From Mobula hypostoma (Eukaryota): 64,000 bases of DNA. The stretch lies in assembly GCF_963921235.1 (NCBI RefSeq), contig NC_086097.1, positions 227,976,001 to 228,040,000 on the forward strand, written 5' to 3'. Positions 47,953 through 61,369 of this stretch are shown here, one piece after another. A model generated the notes under the pieces. The model was given only the letters and a program-made list of their open reading frames with translations, was not told the DNA's origin and did no database searches. The translations under genes were made by a program, and so were the position numbers. Position 1 is the stretch's first letter, and each line of letters starts with the position of its first letter.

Positions 47953-49059
47953 ACCACCGTCCTCCCCACCACTTAATAGTCACTGCAGAGGAGTAACTGG
48001 AATGATTTTTTTTCTATGTGTGTGAGTTAATATGTGTGGAAATCAAAACCAGACGCCTAAGAATATTTTGCTTACAACTTTTCAATTGATGTGGGTTTCT
48101 TTAAAATATTCCCACTCCCTCCTCTCCCCAGTTTGAAAATTACTCGCCTGCTTTTCTTTTACAATATCATTAAAAGGTCAACAATGCAACTCAAATATGC
48201 TGCAAAATTCCTTACAATTGTTTATTTGCTGGGAAGTTTTTTTTGTAATTCATACTTGGCATCTGGATTTGCTGACAAAATTAATATTTATTCCCATCTC
48301 TCATTTTAATCAATGTACTATGAAGAGCTAAAAGCCCAACTACCCTGACATTCCCAAAGTTAAGATTCACCCCCTTACCACTTTGTATGGCTCACTATCA
48401 AATTTTTGTCTGATAACTTTCCTGGGAACTGTCATAGGATTCTCAATATGTTAAGAATGTTGTATAAATGCCATTTGTTACTGTTTAGTCATAATATTCA
48501 TTTTGTATATATTCATTCACAGATTGTAGGCATTGCTACAGAGCCAGGATTTCCCTTGAGAAGGTGACAACAAGCTACCTTCTTGAACCATTACACTCCA
48601 CATGATAAAGTTTTATTTTCACAATGCTTTTGGGTGGAGAGTTCCAGAATAAGTTCTGACCCTGTCGCACTGAAGAATACATTTCCAACCATGATGGAAT
48701 GGAAGTTGCTGTGAAAAATGTCCTTTACTGTCCTTGCCCTTCCTCATGACAGAAATCATGCATCTTGGAGGTCCGGTTGAAGACATCTTTTTGAATGTCT
48801 GCTGTGCATCTTGCAGGCAGTACAAACTGCAAAGGCAATGCGCAGTGGAGGAACTAAATTGGTTTCTTAAAACAAATAGAGAATATTCCATCACCGGGTT
48901 CAGGAGCAGTTATTACCCTTCAACCATCAGGCTCCTGAACCAGTGTGGATAATTTCACTCACCTCAACACTGAACTGATTCCACAACCTATGGAATCACT
49001 TTCAAGGATTCTACAACTCAGGTACTCAGTATTATTTATTGCTTATTTATTATTTTTAT

Positions 49060-50542
49060 TTTTTATCAACTGAAGCTGGAAAAACCTGAGGTTTAAACAC
49101 AGTCAAGCGCACTCATTTCTCAATTGCTAGGAACTTTCGGACTATTCTAGTGGTATTTAGTATTGTGGCTTTCTGGAGGTTTACCTAGATATTGCTGTGT
49201 AGCACTAATAGTTTAATGCTATTGTGTGGTATGTTTGGTATGATATCAACTGTAGATATTACTATTGGGATAATATATACCCTGTTCATGTTCCATAATC
49301 TTCCAATTGCCTCTTATAATTCGGCATCTTTCTGGTCTTTTACTTATTGATTTCTGTACGTTATGTGTGTTTGGAATGGCCGTATCTATTAAGTAAGTTG
49401 TTCTTACTTGTTTATCGTTTACTATATCCAGATATTTATGTCCTAAATGTAATAACAGATCGGTCATAATATAATGTGTAAAACACAGACTCTTAAAACT
49501 AGATCAGGTTTTTATTTCTAGTAAGGTATGGTTTCTTTTATGAGCTTGTATAAAAGCAAGATTTTGGTGAATGATGTTTGCCACTTAACTGCGCTTGTGT
49601 AAGTAATCAGATTGAGATAAACTGCTGCAGGAACCTGTAATGTGTTGGATTGTTTCTAGTTTCTCTTGGCATTTTCTGCATTTATTGTCTTGAATTTGTT
49701 GGTTTTTATTATGGATTTTTGATAATATTTTTGTATTCACCACTGGTTCTGTATTGCAACAAGAAACCCTTGTGTTTCTGGGAAAAGGTCTCCAACTCTG
49801 AGCCAAGTATTCAATGCTTCCTTGTCAACATCTAGTCTGCTCAGTTCGTGGGGATGTCTCCCATGGTGGTTCATACTCTTCTACTGGTTAACTTTTCTTC
49901 TATTGTAATAATTTCTTCATTTTTCTGGGCTGTGCTTTCATTTAAGTTTAGTGGTGTGCACTTCTTATCAGAGTTGCATATGCTCGCATGGAGTGCTGAA
50001 TCCTGTTTTTGTTGATTAAACTATATCCTTAGTAGTTTTATCTGACTGTTATGTAAATGTTTTTATGTATCTTGTTCCTCTTCCTCCTTCTGTCTTGGTC
50101 ATGTTGTTCAAAGCACATTCAAGTGTGTGTGTGTTTTCTAAAATCTGTCATTTCAGTTCTTATTTTCCTTTGTAAATTTTCCAGATTTGTTTTGGACCAA
50201 GATATTATGACAAAATACATTAATTATGGTTATAGCGAAAGTGTTTATAGCCTTTGTTATATTTTTACTGTTGAGCTCCGTTTGGCAGATTTTCTTAAGC
50301 CTTGTAGTAAATTCAGGTAAAAGTTTTCCCTTTATCACATTATGACCTATTTTCTTTGCTTGTTGATATCCCAGATACTTGTGTGTTTCATATTCATCCA
50401 TCGGTTGTATTGTATCCTGCTGTTCTGTTTTGTATTCTATTAGCGCCATTGCACCTTCATATTTATATCTTTAGAAAGTAATTGTACTATCTGAATTAAT
50501 TGCTTTAGCTTTACTGATGGAGTATATACTTTCAAATCATCC
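49060..50542 (-). mobile_element. R4/Dong-like non-LTR retrotransposon, 5'-truncated: RT C-half, CCHC finger and restriction-like endonuclease
   Basis: DDLKVY, YETHKYLG, ELNSKNITKAINTFAI, CRKCQEKLETIQHITGSC, TYLIDTAIPNTHN, and IVRKFLAIEK* (stop at 49113-49115). Flanked by TAA-rich repeats. Confidence 0.8.
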
Positions 50543-52582
50543 CTATTATTATTATTATTATTATTAGTGCTATATTTGCACAGCTTTATCTTCTTTTGCA
50601 CATTGGTTATCTGTCCATGTTTGTTTTTGTGTGTTGTACTTTTGTACTCTTGTACTTTTCAATGTACTTTTCTCCATTGTACTTTTTTGTATCTACAGTG
50701 ACTGCCTGCAAGAAAATAAATCTCCGAGTAGTATATGATGACATATACATATTTTGATAATAAATTTACAGTTGAACTTTTTTGAACTAATAATAAAATT
50801 CATAACCAACATATTCCATATGGTTAGAGAGATGTTGTGCAGTCAGTTGCTGCAGGCCACCCAGTCCTCTACCTGCTCTTGGAACGACTGCAGAACTTAT
50901 GTTACAGACCAGTCAAATTTTTATCTGTGATCCTTCTTAGGAAGTTAATGAGGAAAGGACTTGGACAATATCAATGTTGTGAATGGGTGGGACATTAGAT
51001 TCTTCTTACTTGGTACTGATTATTGTCTGGCACTGAAGCAAACTGTCCTTGTCAATCATCCTGGACAGTTGTCCAGGTCTTTCTGCATCAAATCGGGAAC
51101 TGATTAGTGAGATTCACTTCAGCAAAGTTTTCTAAATTAAGAAACAGAGAAATCTTGAAGAAAAGATACATAGAGTGAAGCACAACAAGCATTGAAAAAA
51201 TAATTTATTATAATTTCTCTGTAACAATCTTTTCCTTTCTGGAATTTAAGTGTTGAAACATAATAATATATAGATCACACATTATAGACTAGCAAGACTA
51301 AAAGAATGGACCATAACGCACCAGACTTCACCCAATGCGTACACTTGAACAGTATATCAGTTTTGGAAACTTGATCTGATGGAGGAGCTTTAAAAAGCAG
51401 CATAGTTGCCTTCAACCTTTAATTCCAAAGAGAGTCACAAGGCAGATTTCAGAAGTTTTTCCTTTCAGACAGTAGGGGAGATAAAACAGAATCTGGTTCA
51501 ATTATACAATGTAGCACTGATTATATTATACATGTCTATTTTCTTTAATGATGTTCAAATTCCAAAGCATTACTTTTTTCTCAAAAAGGCAAATTACATT
51601 TCAAATTGTATTTTTTTCCAAATAGAAGCAGGAAATTTAATATAAGACTATAAGATATAGAAGCAGAATTGGACTATTTGGCCCATGGAGATTGCTCCAC
51701 CATTTCATCATGGCCGGTTTAATTTTGCTCTCAGCCTTCTCCCTGTATCGTTTCATGCCCTGACTAATCAAGAATCTTTCAACTTATGCCTTAAATATAC
51801 CTGCACAGCTGCCTGTGGTAGCAAATTCCAGAGATTCACCATTCTCTGGCTAAAGAAATTCCTCCTCATCTCCATTCTAAAAGAACGCCCCTCAATTCTG
51901 AGGCTGTGTCCTCTGGTCTTATATTGTACCACTATAGGTAATATCCTCCCCATGTCCACTCTATCGAGGCCTTTCAGCATTCAATAGTTTTCAATTAGGT
52001 CATCCTTCTTTCATCTGAATTCCAGTGAGTACAGGAACAGAGCCATGAACCTTTCATATGATGAACCTTTCAATCCCAGAATCATTTTGGTGAACCTCCT
52101 TGGAACCCTGTACAAAGTCAGCACATCCTTTCTTTGATAAGGGGCCAAACAATACCCACAAATGAGGCCACACCAGTGCTTTATAAAGTCTCAACATTAC
52201 TCCCTCACTTTGATATTCTAATCCTCTTGAAATGAATGCTCACATCACATTTGCCTTCCTCAACACTGACTCAACTTGAAAACTAACCCTTAGGGAATAT
52301 TGCACGAGGACTCTCAAGTCTCTCTGCACCTCAGATTTTTGAATTTTCTCTAGACTTATAAAATAGTTTACCCTTTTATTTCTTCTACAAACGTGCATGA
52401 TCACATACTTCCTGACACTATATTCTTTCTGGCACTTCATTACCCATTCTCCTAATCCGTCTAAGTCCTTCTGTACATTCCCTATTTCCTCAAAGCTAAC
52501 TGCCTCTCCTCAGCCACTGCTTTGCCTATGCCAGTGTCTTTCCTGTAATACCACGGGCTCTTATCTTGTTAAGCAGCCTTAT

Positions 52583-55300
52583 AGAACATAGAATAGTACA
52601 GCACAGTACAGGCCCTTCGGCCCACAATATTGTGCCAGCCCTCAAACACTGCCTCCTATATAACCCCCCACCTTAAATTCCTCCATATACCTGTCTAGTA
52701 GTCTCTTAAACTTCACGAGTGTATCTTCCTCTACCACTAACTCAGGCAGTGCATTCCACGCACCAACCAATCTCTGAGTAAAAAACCTTCCTCTAATATC
52801 CCCCTTGAACTTTCCACCCCTTACCTTAAAGCCATGTCCTCTTGTATTGAGCGGTGGTGCCCTGGGAAAGAGGCGCTGGCTATCCACTCTATCTATTCAT
52901 CTAATTATCTTGCACACCTCTATCATTTCTCCTCTCATTCTCCTTCTCTCCAAAGAGTAAAGCCCTATCTCCTTTAATCTCTGATCATAATGCATACTCT
53001 CTAAAACAGGCAGCATCCTGGTAAATCTCCTCTGTACCCTTTCCAATGCTTCCACATTCTTCCTATAGTGAGGCGACCAGAACTGGACACAGTACTCCAA
53101 GTGTGGCCTAACCAGAGTTTTATAGAGCTGCACCATTACATCGCGACTCTTAAACTCAATCCCTCGACTTATGAAAACTAACACCCCATAAGCTTTCTTA
53201 ACTACCCTATCTACCTGTGAGGCAACTTTCAGGGATCTGTGGACATGTATCCCTGGATCCCTCTGCTCCTCCACACTACCAAGTATCCTGCCATTTACTT
53301 TGTACTCTGCCTTGGAGTTTGTCCTTCCAAAGTGTACCACCTCACACTTCTCCGGGTTGAACTCCGCCTGCCACTTCTCAGCCCACTTCCGCATCCTATC
53401 AATGTCTCACTGCAATCTTCAACAATCTTCTACACTATCTACAACACCACCAACCTTTGTGTCGTCGCAAACTTGCCAACCCACCCTTCTACCCCCACAT
53501 CCAGGTCGTTAATAAAAATCACGAAAAGTAGAGGTCCCAGAACAGATCCTTGTGGGACACCACTGGTCACAATCCTCCAATCTGAATCTACTCCCTCCAC
53601 CATGACCCTCTGCCTTCTGCAGGCAAGCCAATTCTGAATCCACCTGGCCAAACATCCTTGGATCCCATGCCTTCTGACTTTCTGAATAAGCCTACCGTGT
53701 GGAACCTTGTCAAATGCCTTACTAAAATACATATAGATCACATCCACTGCACTACCCTCATCTATATGCCTGGTCACCTCCTCAAAGAACTGAATCAGGC
53801 TCGTTACACATGATCTGCCCTTCACAAAGCCATGCTGACTGTCCCTGATCAGACCATGATTCTCTAAATGCCCATAGATCCTATCTCTAAGAATCTTTTC
53901 CAACAGCTTTCCCACCAATGACGTAAGGCTCACTGGTCTATAATTACCCGGACTATCCCTACTACCTTTTTTGAACAAGGGGTCAACATTCGCCACCCTT
54001 CAATCCTCCGATACCATTCCCGTGGACAACGAGGACATAAAGATCCTAGCCAGAGGCTCAGCAATCTCTTCCCTCGCCTCATGGAGCAGCCTGGGGAATA
54101 TTCCTTCAGGCCCCAGGGACTTATCCGTCCTAATGTATTTTAACAACTCCAACACCTCCTCTCCCTTAATATCAACATGCTCCAGAACATCAACCTCACT
54201 CATATTGTCCTCACCATCATCAAGTTCCCTCTCATTGGTGAATACCGAAGAGTAGTATTCATTGAGGACCTCGCTCACTTCCACAGTCTCCAGGCACATC
54301 TTCCCACCTTTATCACTAATCGGTCCAACCTTCACTCCTGTCATCCTTTTTTTCTTCACATAATTGAAGAATGCCTTGGGGTTTTCCTTTACCCTACTCA
54401 CCAATGTCTTCTCATGTCCCCTTCTTTCTCTTCTCAGCCCCTTCTTAAGCTCCTTCCCTATATTCCTCAATAGACCCATCCTTGCTTCCTAATCCCCATG
54501 TATGCTGCCTTCTTCCACCTGACTAGATTCTCCACCTCACTTGTCACCCATAGTTCCTACACCCTACCATTCTTTATCTTCCTCACCGGGACAAATTTAT
54601 CCCTAACATCCTGCAAGAGATCTCTAAACATCGACCACATGTCCATAGTACATTTCCCTGCAAAAACATCATCCCAATTCACACTTGCAAGTTCTAGCCT
54701 TATAGCCTCATAATTTGCCCTTCCCCAATTAAAAATGTTCTTGTCCTCTCTGATTCTATCCTTTTCCAAGATAATGCTAAATGCCAGGGAGCAGTGGTCA
54801 CTGTCCCCCAGATGCTCACCCACTGAGAGATCTGTGACCTGACCCGGTTCATTACCTAGTACTACAAACATCTGTAGATCTAGTATGGCATTCCCCCTAG
54901 TCGACCTGTCCACATACTGTGACAGGAATCCGTCCTGGACATACTTAACAAACTCTGTCCCATCTAAACCCTTGGAACTAATTAGGTGCCAATCAATATT
55001 AGGGAAGTTAAAGTCACCCATGATAACAACCCTGTCATTTTTGCAACTTTCCAAAATCTGCCTCCCAATCTGCTCCTCTGTATCTCTGCTGCTACCAGGG
55101 GGTCTTTAGAATACCCCCAATAGAGTAACTACTCCCTTCCTGTTCCTGACTTCCACCCATACTGACTCAAAAGAGGATCCTGCTACATTACCCACCCTTT
55201 CTGTAGCTGTAATAGTATCTCTGACCAGTAATGCCACCCCTCCTCCCCTTTTGCCCCCCTCTCTATCCCTTTTAAAGCACTGAAATCCAGGAATATTGAG
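52583..55300 (-). mobile_element. Younger CR1 LINE with endonuclease C-part, RT and 3' UTR
   Basis: Long near-intact ORF2 pieces: [58 protein letters not shown]. Tail ctattctatgttcta. Confidence 0.93.
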
Positions 55301-55341
55301 TGGATATGCATGGCACCCTGTCAAAGGCCTTCTGAAGATCC

Positions 55342-56370
55342 AAGCTGGAGATCAGAAGCTTGAGAAGGTGCAAGTATTTGGATGGACATGGACTGATTAA
55401 GGTCAGTCAGCATATCTTTGAGCATAGTAGGTCATGTCTAACCAATCTTATAAAGTTTTTCAAGGGAATTACCAGGAAAGCGAATGAAGGCAAAACAGTG
55501 GGGTGGTCTACATGGACTTTAGCAAGGCATTTAACAAGGTTCCGCATGGGAGGATAGTCAAAGGCTCAGTTCCTTGGTACTCAAGATGCAGTAGCAAATT
55601 GGATGAGACATTGACTTTATGGGAAAAGCCAGAGAGTGGTAGGAGATGGTTGCCTCTCTGACTGAAGGCCTGTGACTAGCTGTGTGCCATAGAGATCAGT
55701 GCTGGGTCCATGGTTGTTTGTCACCTAAATCAATGATCCAGATGATGTGGTTAACTGGATCAGCAAATTTGCGATGACACCAAGATTGGGGATGTAGTGG
55801 CCTTTTGGGTAAGATCAAGTGTGAGATGGAATGTTATGTTGAAGTTGTATAAGTCATTGATGAGGCCAAATTTGGAGTATTGTGTGCAGTTTTGCTCACA
55901 TACTTATAGGAAAGATGTAAATAAGGTTGAAAGAATGCAAAGAAGATTTACAAAGAAGTTGCCGGATTTGGAAGAACTGAGATTAAATAGGTTAGAACTA
56001 TATTCCTTTGTGTAAAAGATTCAGAGGAGATTTGATAGAAGTATACAAAATTATTTGGGGTATAGATAAGGGAAATGTAAGCAGGCTTTTCAACTGAGGT
56101 TGGGTAGGATTAAAACCAGAGGTCATGGATTGAGGGTGAAAGGTATTAAGTTTAATGGGAACATGAGGGGAAACTTCTTCACTCAGAGGGTTGTGAGAGT
56201 GTGGAGTGAGTGACCAGCACTTCTGGTTCACGCGAGCTTGATTTCAAAGTTCGAGAAAAGTTTGGATAGGTACATGGATAGTTGGGGTATGGCAAGTCGA
56301 TGGACTAGCCATGGTTTCGGCATGGACTAGATGGGCTGAAGGGCCTATTTCTATACTTCTCTATGACTAT
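55342..56370 (+). mobile_element. CR1 fragment in opposite orientation, internally deleted
   Basis: SCLTNLIKFF and [16 protein letters not shown]; ends ctctatgactatga. Confidence 0.85.
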
Positions 56371-59300
56371 GACAACATCCACCAATTCTCCTTTGTCTAT
56401 CCTGCTTGTTATTTCTTCAAAGAATTCCAACAGATCGTCAGATAAGATTTTACCTTGAGGATTTTACCATGTTGATTAAGGCCCATTTTATCATCTACCT
56501 CCAAGTACCCAGAAACCACATCCTTAACAATCGACTCCAACATCTTCCTAACCACTGATGTCAGACTAACTGGCCTATAATTTCCTTTCTTCTGCCTCCC
56601 TCCTTTCTTGAAGAGTGGATTGACATTTGCAATTTTCCAGTCTTCCGGAACCATTTCAGAATCTAGTGATTTTTGAAAGAACATTACTAAAGCCTTCACA
56701 ATCTTTTCAGCCATTTCTTCCAGAAGCCTGGGGTGTACACCACGTGGTCCAGGTGACTTATCTATCTTCAGACCTTTCAGTTTCCCAAGAAGTTTCTCCC
56801 TAGTAATTGCAACTTCATACACTTCTACTCCCCGACACTCTTGAACTTCTGGAATGCTGTCAGTGTCTTCCACAGAGAAGACTGATGCAAAATACTTATT
56901 CAGTTCATCCCCCATTTACTTCTCCTCCTTTACTAGCTCTCCAGCATTGTTTTCCAGTGGTCTGATATCCACTCTCACCTCTATTTCACACTTTATGTAT
57001 CTGAAGAAACCTTTGGAATCTTCTTTAATATTATTGGCTAGCTTACTTTTGTACTCCATCTTTACCTTCATAATGATTTTATCAGTTGTTTTCTGTTGGT
57101 TTTTAAAAGCTTCCCAATCCTCTACCTTCTCATTAATTTTTGCTCTATTATATGCTCTCTCTCTTGCTTTTATGTTAGCTTTGATTTCTCTTACTAGACA
57201 CAGTTGTGTTATGTTCCCTATCGAATACTTCTACTTCTTTGGGATGTATATAGAAACATAGAAAATAGGTGCAGGAGTAGGCCATTCGGCCCTTCGAGCC
57301 TGCACCGCCATTTATTATGATCATGGCTGATCATCCAACTCAGAACCCCGCCCCAGCCTTCCCTCCATACCCCCTGACCCCCATAGCCACAAGGGCCATA
57401 TCTAACTCCCTCTTAAATATAGCCAATGAACTGGCCTCAACAGTTTCCTGTGGCAGAGAAATATATAGATATATCCTGCACCTTCCGAATTGCTTCCAGA
57501 AATTCCAGCCATCGCTGCTCTGTCATCATCCCCAACAGTGTTCTTTCCCAATCAATTTCGGCTAGCTCCTCTCTCATACCTCTCTAATACCCTTTACTCC
57601 AATAGAGTACTGATACATCTGACATTAGCTTCTCCTTCCCATATTTCAGAATGTATTCTATCATATTATCATCACTTTCCCCTGAGGGTTCTTTTATCTT
57701 GAGCTCTATAATCAATTCTAGTTCATTGCACAACATCCAAGCCAGAATAGCTGATACCCTAGTGGGCTCAAGCACAAACTGCTCTAAAAAGTTTATTGTT
57801 TTTCTCTTTATTTTTCTTTTTTTTCTCCAGTCCTGCTGAAGGGTTTTGGCCCAAAACATCAACTGTACTTTTTTCCATAAATGCTGCCTGGCCTGCTGAG
57901 TTCCTCTGGCATTTCGTATGTGTTCCTCGGATTCCCAGAATCTGCAGATTTTCTCTTGTTTGTGGTTGGCCACATCCTTACTACCATTTGGGGGTCTGTA
58001 TACAATTCCCATCAGGATCTTTTTACCCTTGCAGTTTCTTAGCTTCATCATCATTGATTCAATACTTTCTGACCCTATGTCACGTCTTTCTAATGATTTG
58101 ATTTAATTTTTTAACAGCAGGGCATTGCCACAACCTCTCCTTTCCTGTCTGTACTTTTGATACAATGTGTTTTCTTGGACATTAAGCTCTCAGCTATATT
58201 CTTCTTTCAGCCACAACTCAGAGATGCCCACACCATTATACCTGCCAATCTCTAACTGTGCTACAAGATCATCAACCTTTTTCTGTATCCTGTGTGCACA
58301 TTCAAATATAACACTTCCAGTCCTATATTCACCCCTTTCAATTTTGTCTGCCTTTTGCATTGCAGCTCATCCTGTTGACTGCAATTTTTCCCTATCATCA
58401 GCCACTCCTTGCTAGCAGTCTCACTACATACTATTTGTAAACAAAATACTTCATTCTCAGCACGATCACACCAGTTCCCACCCCTCTGCCAAATTAGTTT
58501 AAACCCTCCCAAGCAACTCGTTCCTTGGTTTTTATGTAGTCCTTAACTTCCCTTGTCAGCCATGGTTGCCTTGCCCAACCATTTGAGAACTTCTTCTGTG
58601 GGACATATCTGTTCTGCACCTTGTGAACTATTCCCAGAAATTTCAGCCATCTCTGTTCTGCCGTCATCCCTGCTGGTATCTCCCTCCAATCCACCTGGGC
58701 AATCTCCTGTCTCTTTGCCTCTGTAATTCCATTGTGATACCGATACATGTGACTTGGACTTCTCCCTCTCAAATTACAGTATGAATTCAATCATATTATG
58801 ATCATTTGCTCCTATGGGTTCCTTTACGTTAAGCTGGCTAATAAAATCGGGCTCAAGCACAAGCTGCTCTAAAAAGCCATCTCATAGGCATTCAACAAGT
58901 TCCTTCTCTTGCGATCCAGCACCAATCCGAATCCTAATCCCTTTGCATATTGAAGTCCCCCATTAAAATTGTGCCTTTACTCTAATTACATGTCCTTTCT
59001 GGCTCCCTTTGCAATTTTAACCCTACATCTTGGAGGCCTATATATAATTCCCATAATGTCTTTTTTTACCCTTGCAGTTTCTTAACTCCATCAGAAAGAT
59101 TCAATATTCTCTGACCCTATGTCACCTCTTTCTAAAGATGTAATTCCATCTCTTACCAACAGCGCCACATCACCCCCTATGCCTTGCTGTCTGTCCTTTC
59201 AATACAAGGTATATCCTTTGACATTAAACTCCCAAAACTGACTTTCTTCCAGTGATGCCCGCAACGTGATACTGACCAATCTCTAATTGCGCCACGGATT

Positions 59301-61369
59301 CATCTACCTTATTCCAAATGCTACATGCATTTAAATACAGCACCTTCAGTCCTACATTCTTCGCCCTTATGAATTTAACTTCTGTGGTACAACTTAACTC
59401 TTTGCTCTGTCTGCAGTTGTACCCAATCATTGCTTGTCCTTCCTTATGTTCATGTTACATATTGTATCATCTACTTAGCAATGATAGCAATGATCCATAA
59501 ATCTGAACCCTTGCCTGCTGCACCAATTCTTCAGCCATAAAGATTCAAAGAAACTTCTTAATATATGGTACAGTATATTTAATTTGAAATGTGTTGAGGT
59601 AAGAGATGACAATAGATCTTTACAGTTGTTTCCATTATTTCACCCTCTTATTTTGTGCCTGGGGTATTCCAGAAGTACTAATTTTTCACCATTTGAACAT
59701 TTAGATAACTTGCTTTATCAGTTTGTATCAGAACCGTTGAGCTCTGGAGTCAGCTACCCATCTGTATTACTCTGTATTTATTCCTCCACTGATGTTGCCT
59801 GTTCTGTTGGATGTTTCCTAAAGCTCTGATCTATCTTTCATAGCTTGTACATATCTGCTTGCTTGCTCTTTAACTGTCCTCAATTATATATGATCCAGAT
59901 AGATTCATCAAAGTCCTACCATCCTGGCACCACCCTATACGTATATTCCCCTTGCCTTAACCATCCTACTCTCCTGTCCACCTCCTCTGTAATTTAAAAT
60001 TAACTTATTTTCTACATTTGTCAGTTCTGCAAACCAGTGTTTGACCTGAAATATTAATTCTGTTTATCTTTCTACAGGTGATGTCTAAGCAGCTGGCTGC
60101 TTCCAGTTTTTTCTTTTGCTTTTAACCTGCCCAGGTATGTCCTGGATTTACACAGATCTGCTGACGATTGTAGACACAATGAAAGACGTTCCTGCATCCA
60201 CCACTTCACTTCATTGCTGGTTTCTACAAGAAGTCAAAATCTAGAGGCCAGTCTTGCTGTGTCAGCCAGTGTAATCCTATGTCAGGTATACCTGTGTCAG
60301 AATTGGAGACACCATTCATTCAATGGGGCTCTCAGCTCAGAAACAATTGATCTTGTTCAATTATTTGTCTTTACTCTGTTACAATTTATTATTTGTTTTC
60401 ATTTATTTGTTTAATGAACTATTTATTAACTTCATTCTTTTTAATATATATGTCACCATATACAACCCAGAGATTCATTTTCTTGTGGGCATACCCAATA
60501 AATCCAAAATAGAATAATGACCATAATAAAATGAATGAAAGGCCATACCAAATGGGCTATTCAACTAGTGTGTAAATATAAAAAGAAAGTAATAATAATA
60601 AATAAATAAGCAATACATTTCGAGAACATGAGATGAAAAGTGCTTGACAGTGAGTCCTTAGGTTGTGGGAACAATTCAGTGATGGGGCAGGTTAAGAACA
60701 GAATTATTAAAGGAGCAAAAATAACATATTTTGTTTTCACTTTTTGTTTTTTGTTTGATGTTCTGCCTTATTTGTAAGTTTTTGTTGCGGAATACTGATT
60801 TATTTCTGCAATCAAGGGAGGTGTAATTTCTCTTCTCAAAAACTAGCATGATGTTTTCAATACCCAATATATTCAGGTCTTAAAGCCCTTCTCTCCATCC
60901 ACAGTTACCATTAGGAAGGAAATCCTTACAACAAAATTAATGTTCCAGGTTGATCCCCAACATGGTGGAATTGTCATTTGAAGTGATATTTTAAGCTGTC
61001 TCTTAAGTCCCCTCCTTGTATCTATACAAATGCTTTTTAAAAGTTGTAATTGTACCTGCCTCAACCACTTCCTCTGGCAGCACATTCCAGGTACTCATTA
61101 CCTCCTACATAAAGAAGTTACTTCTCCAGCCTCTTTTAAATCACCAGGACCATAGTCCTCCATACCCCTTCCATCCATGTACCTATCCTAACTTCTCTTA
61201 AACATTGAAAATCGAGCTTGCATGCATCACTTGTGCTGGCAGCTCATTCTACACTCTCATGATCCTCTAAGTGAAAAGCTTTCCCTCATTTTCCCCTTAA
61301 AATGTTCACATTTCACCCTTAACCCATGACCTGTGGTTGTAGCCCTACTCAACCTCAGATTTCTGCTAA

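Larger units (their letters stand above)
51645..59460 (-). mobile_element. Nested CR1 complex: older minus-strand CR1(s) split by younger CR1 insertions and a Penelope-derived repeat
   Basis: Old element at 51645-52580 resumes at 55304-55341 and at 56371 onward. EN and RT motifs include GIVYRPPNG, KKGNYRPVSLTSVV and LKVLYLNACSI. Confidence 0.85.

Noticed and set aside
37516..48025. 3486-aa and 3448-aa Pro/Ser/Leu ORFs and the antisense Gly/Glu/Arg ORFs (extensin- or formin-like)
   Set aside because: C/T-only or G/A-only sequence cannot contain stop codons, so several frames on both strands are open by composition. There is no codon periodicity or domain, and the ORFs overlap the real SERINC exon 1.
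60068..60140. Plus-strand acceptor/donor pair (tttctacag ... ccag|gtatgt) as a possible exon of a head-to-head neighbour such as PKIG
   Set aside because: It lies within a decayed Penelope-derived repeat and encodes nothing recognisable. I saw no PKI-like GRRNA coding exon in the window.
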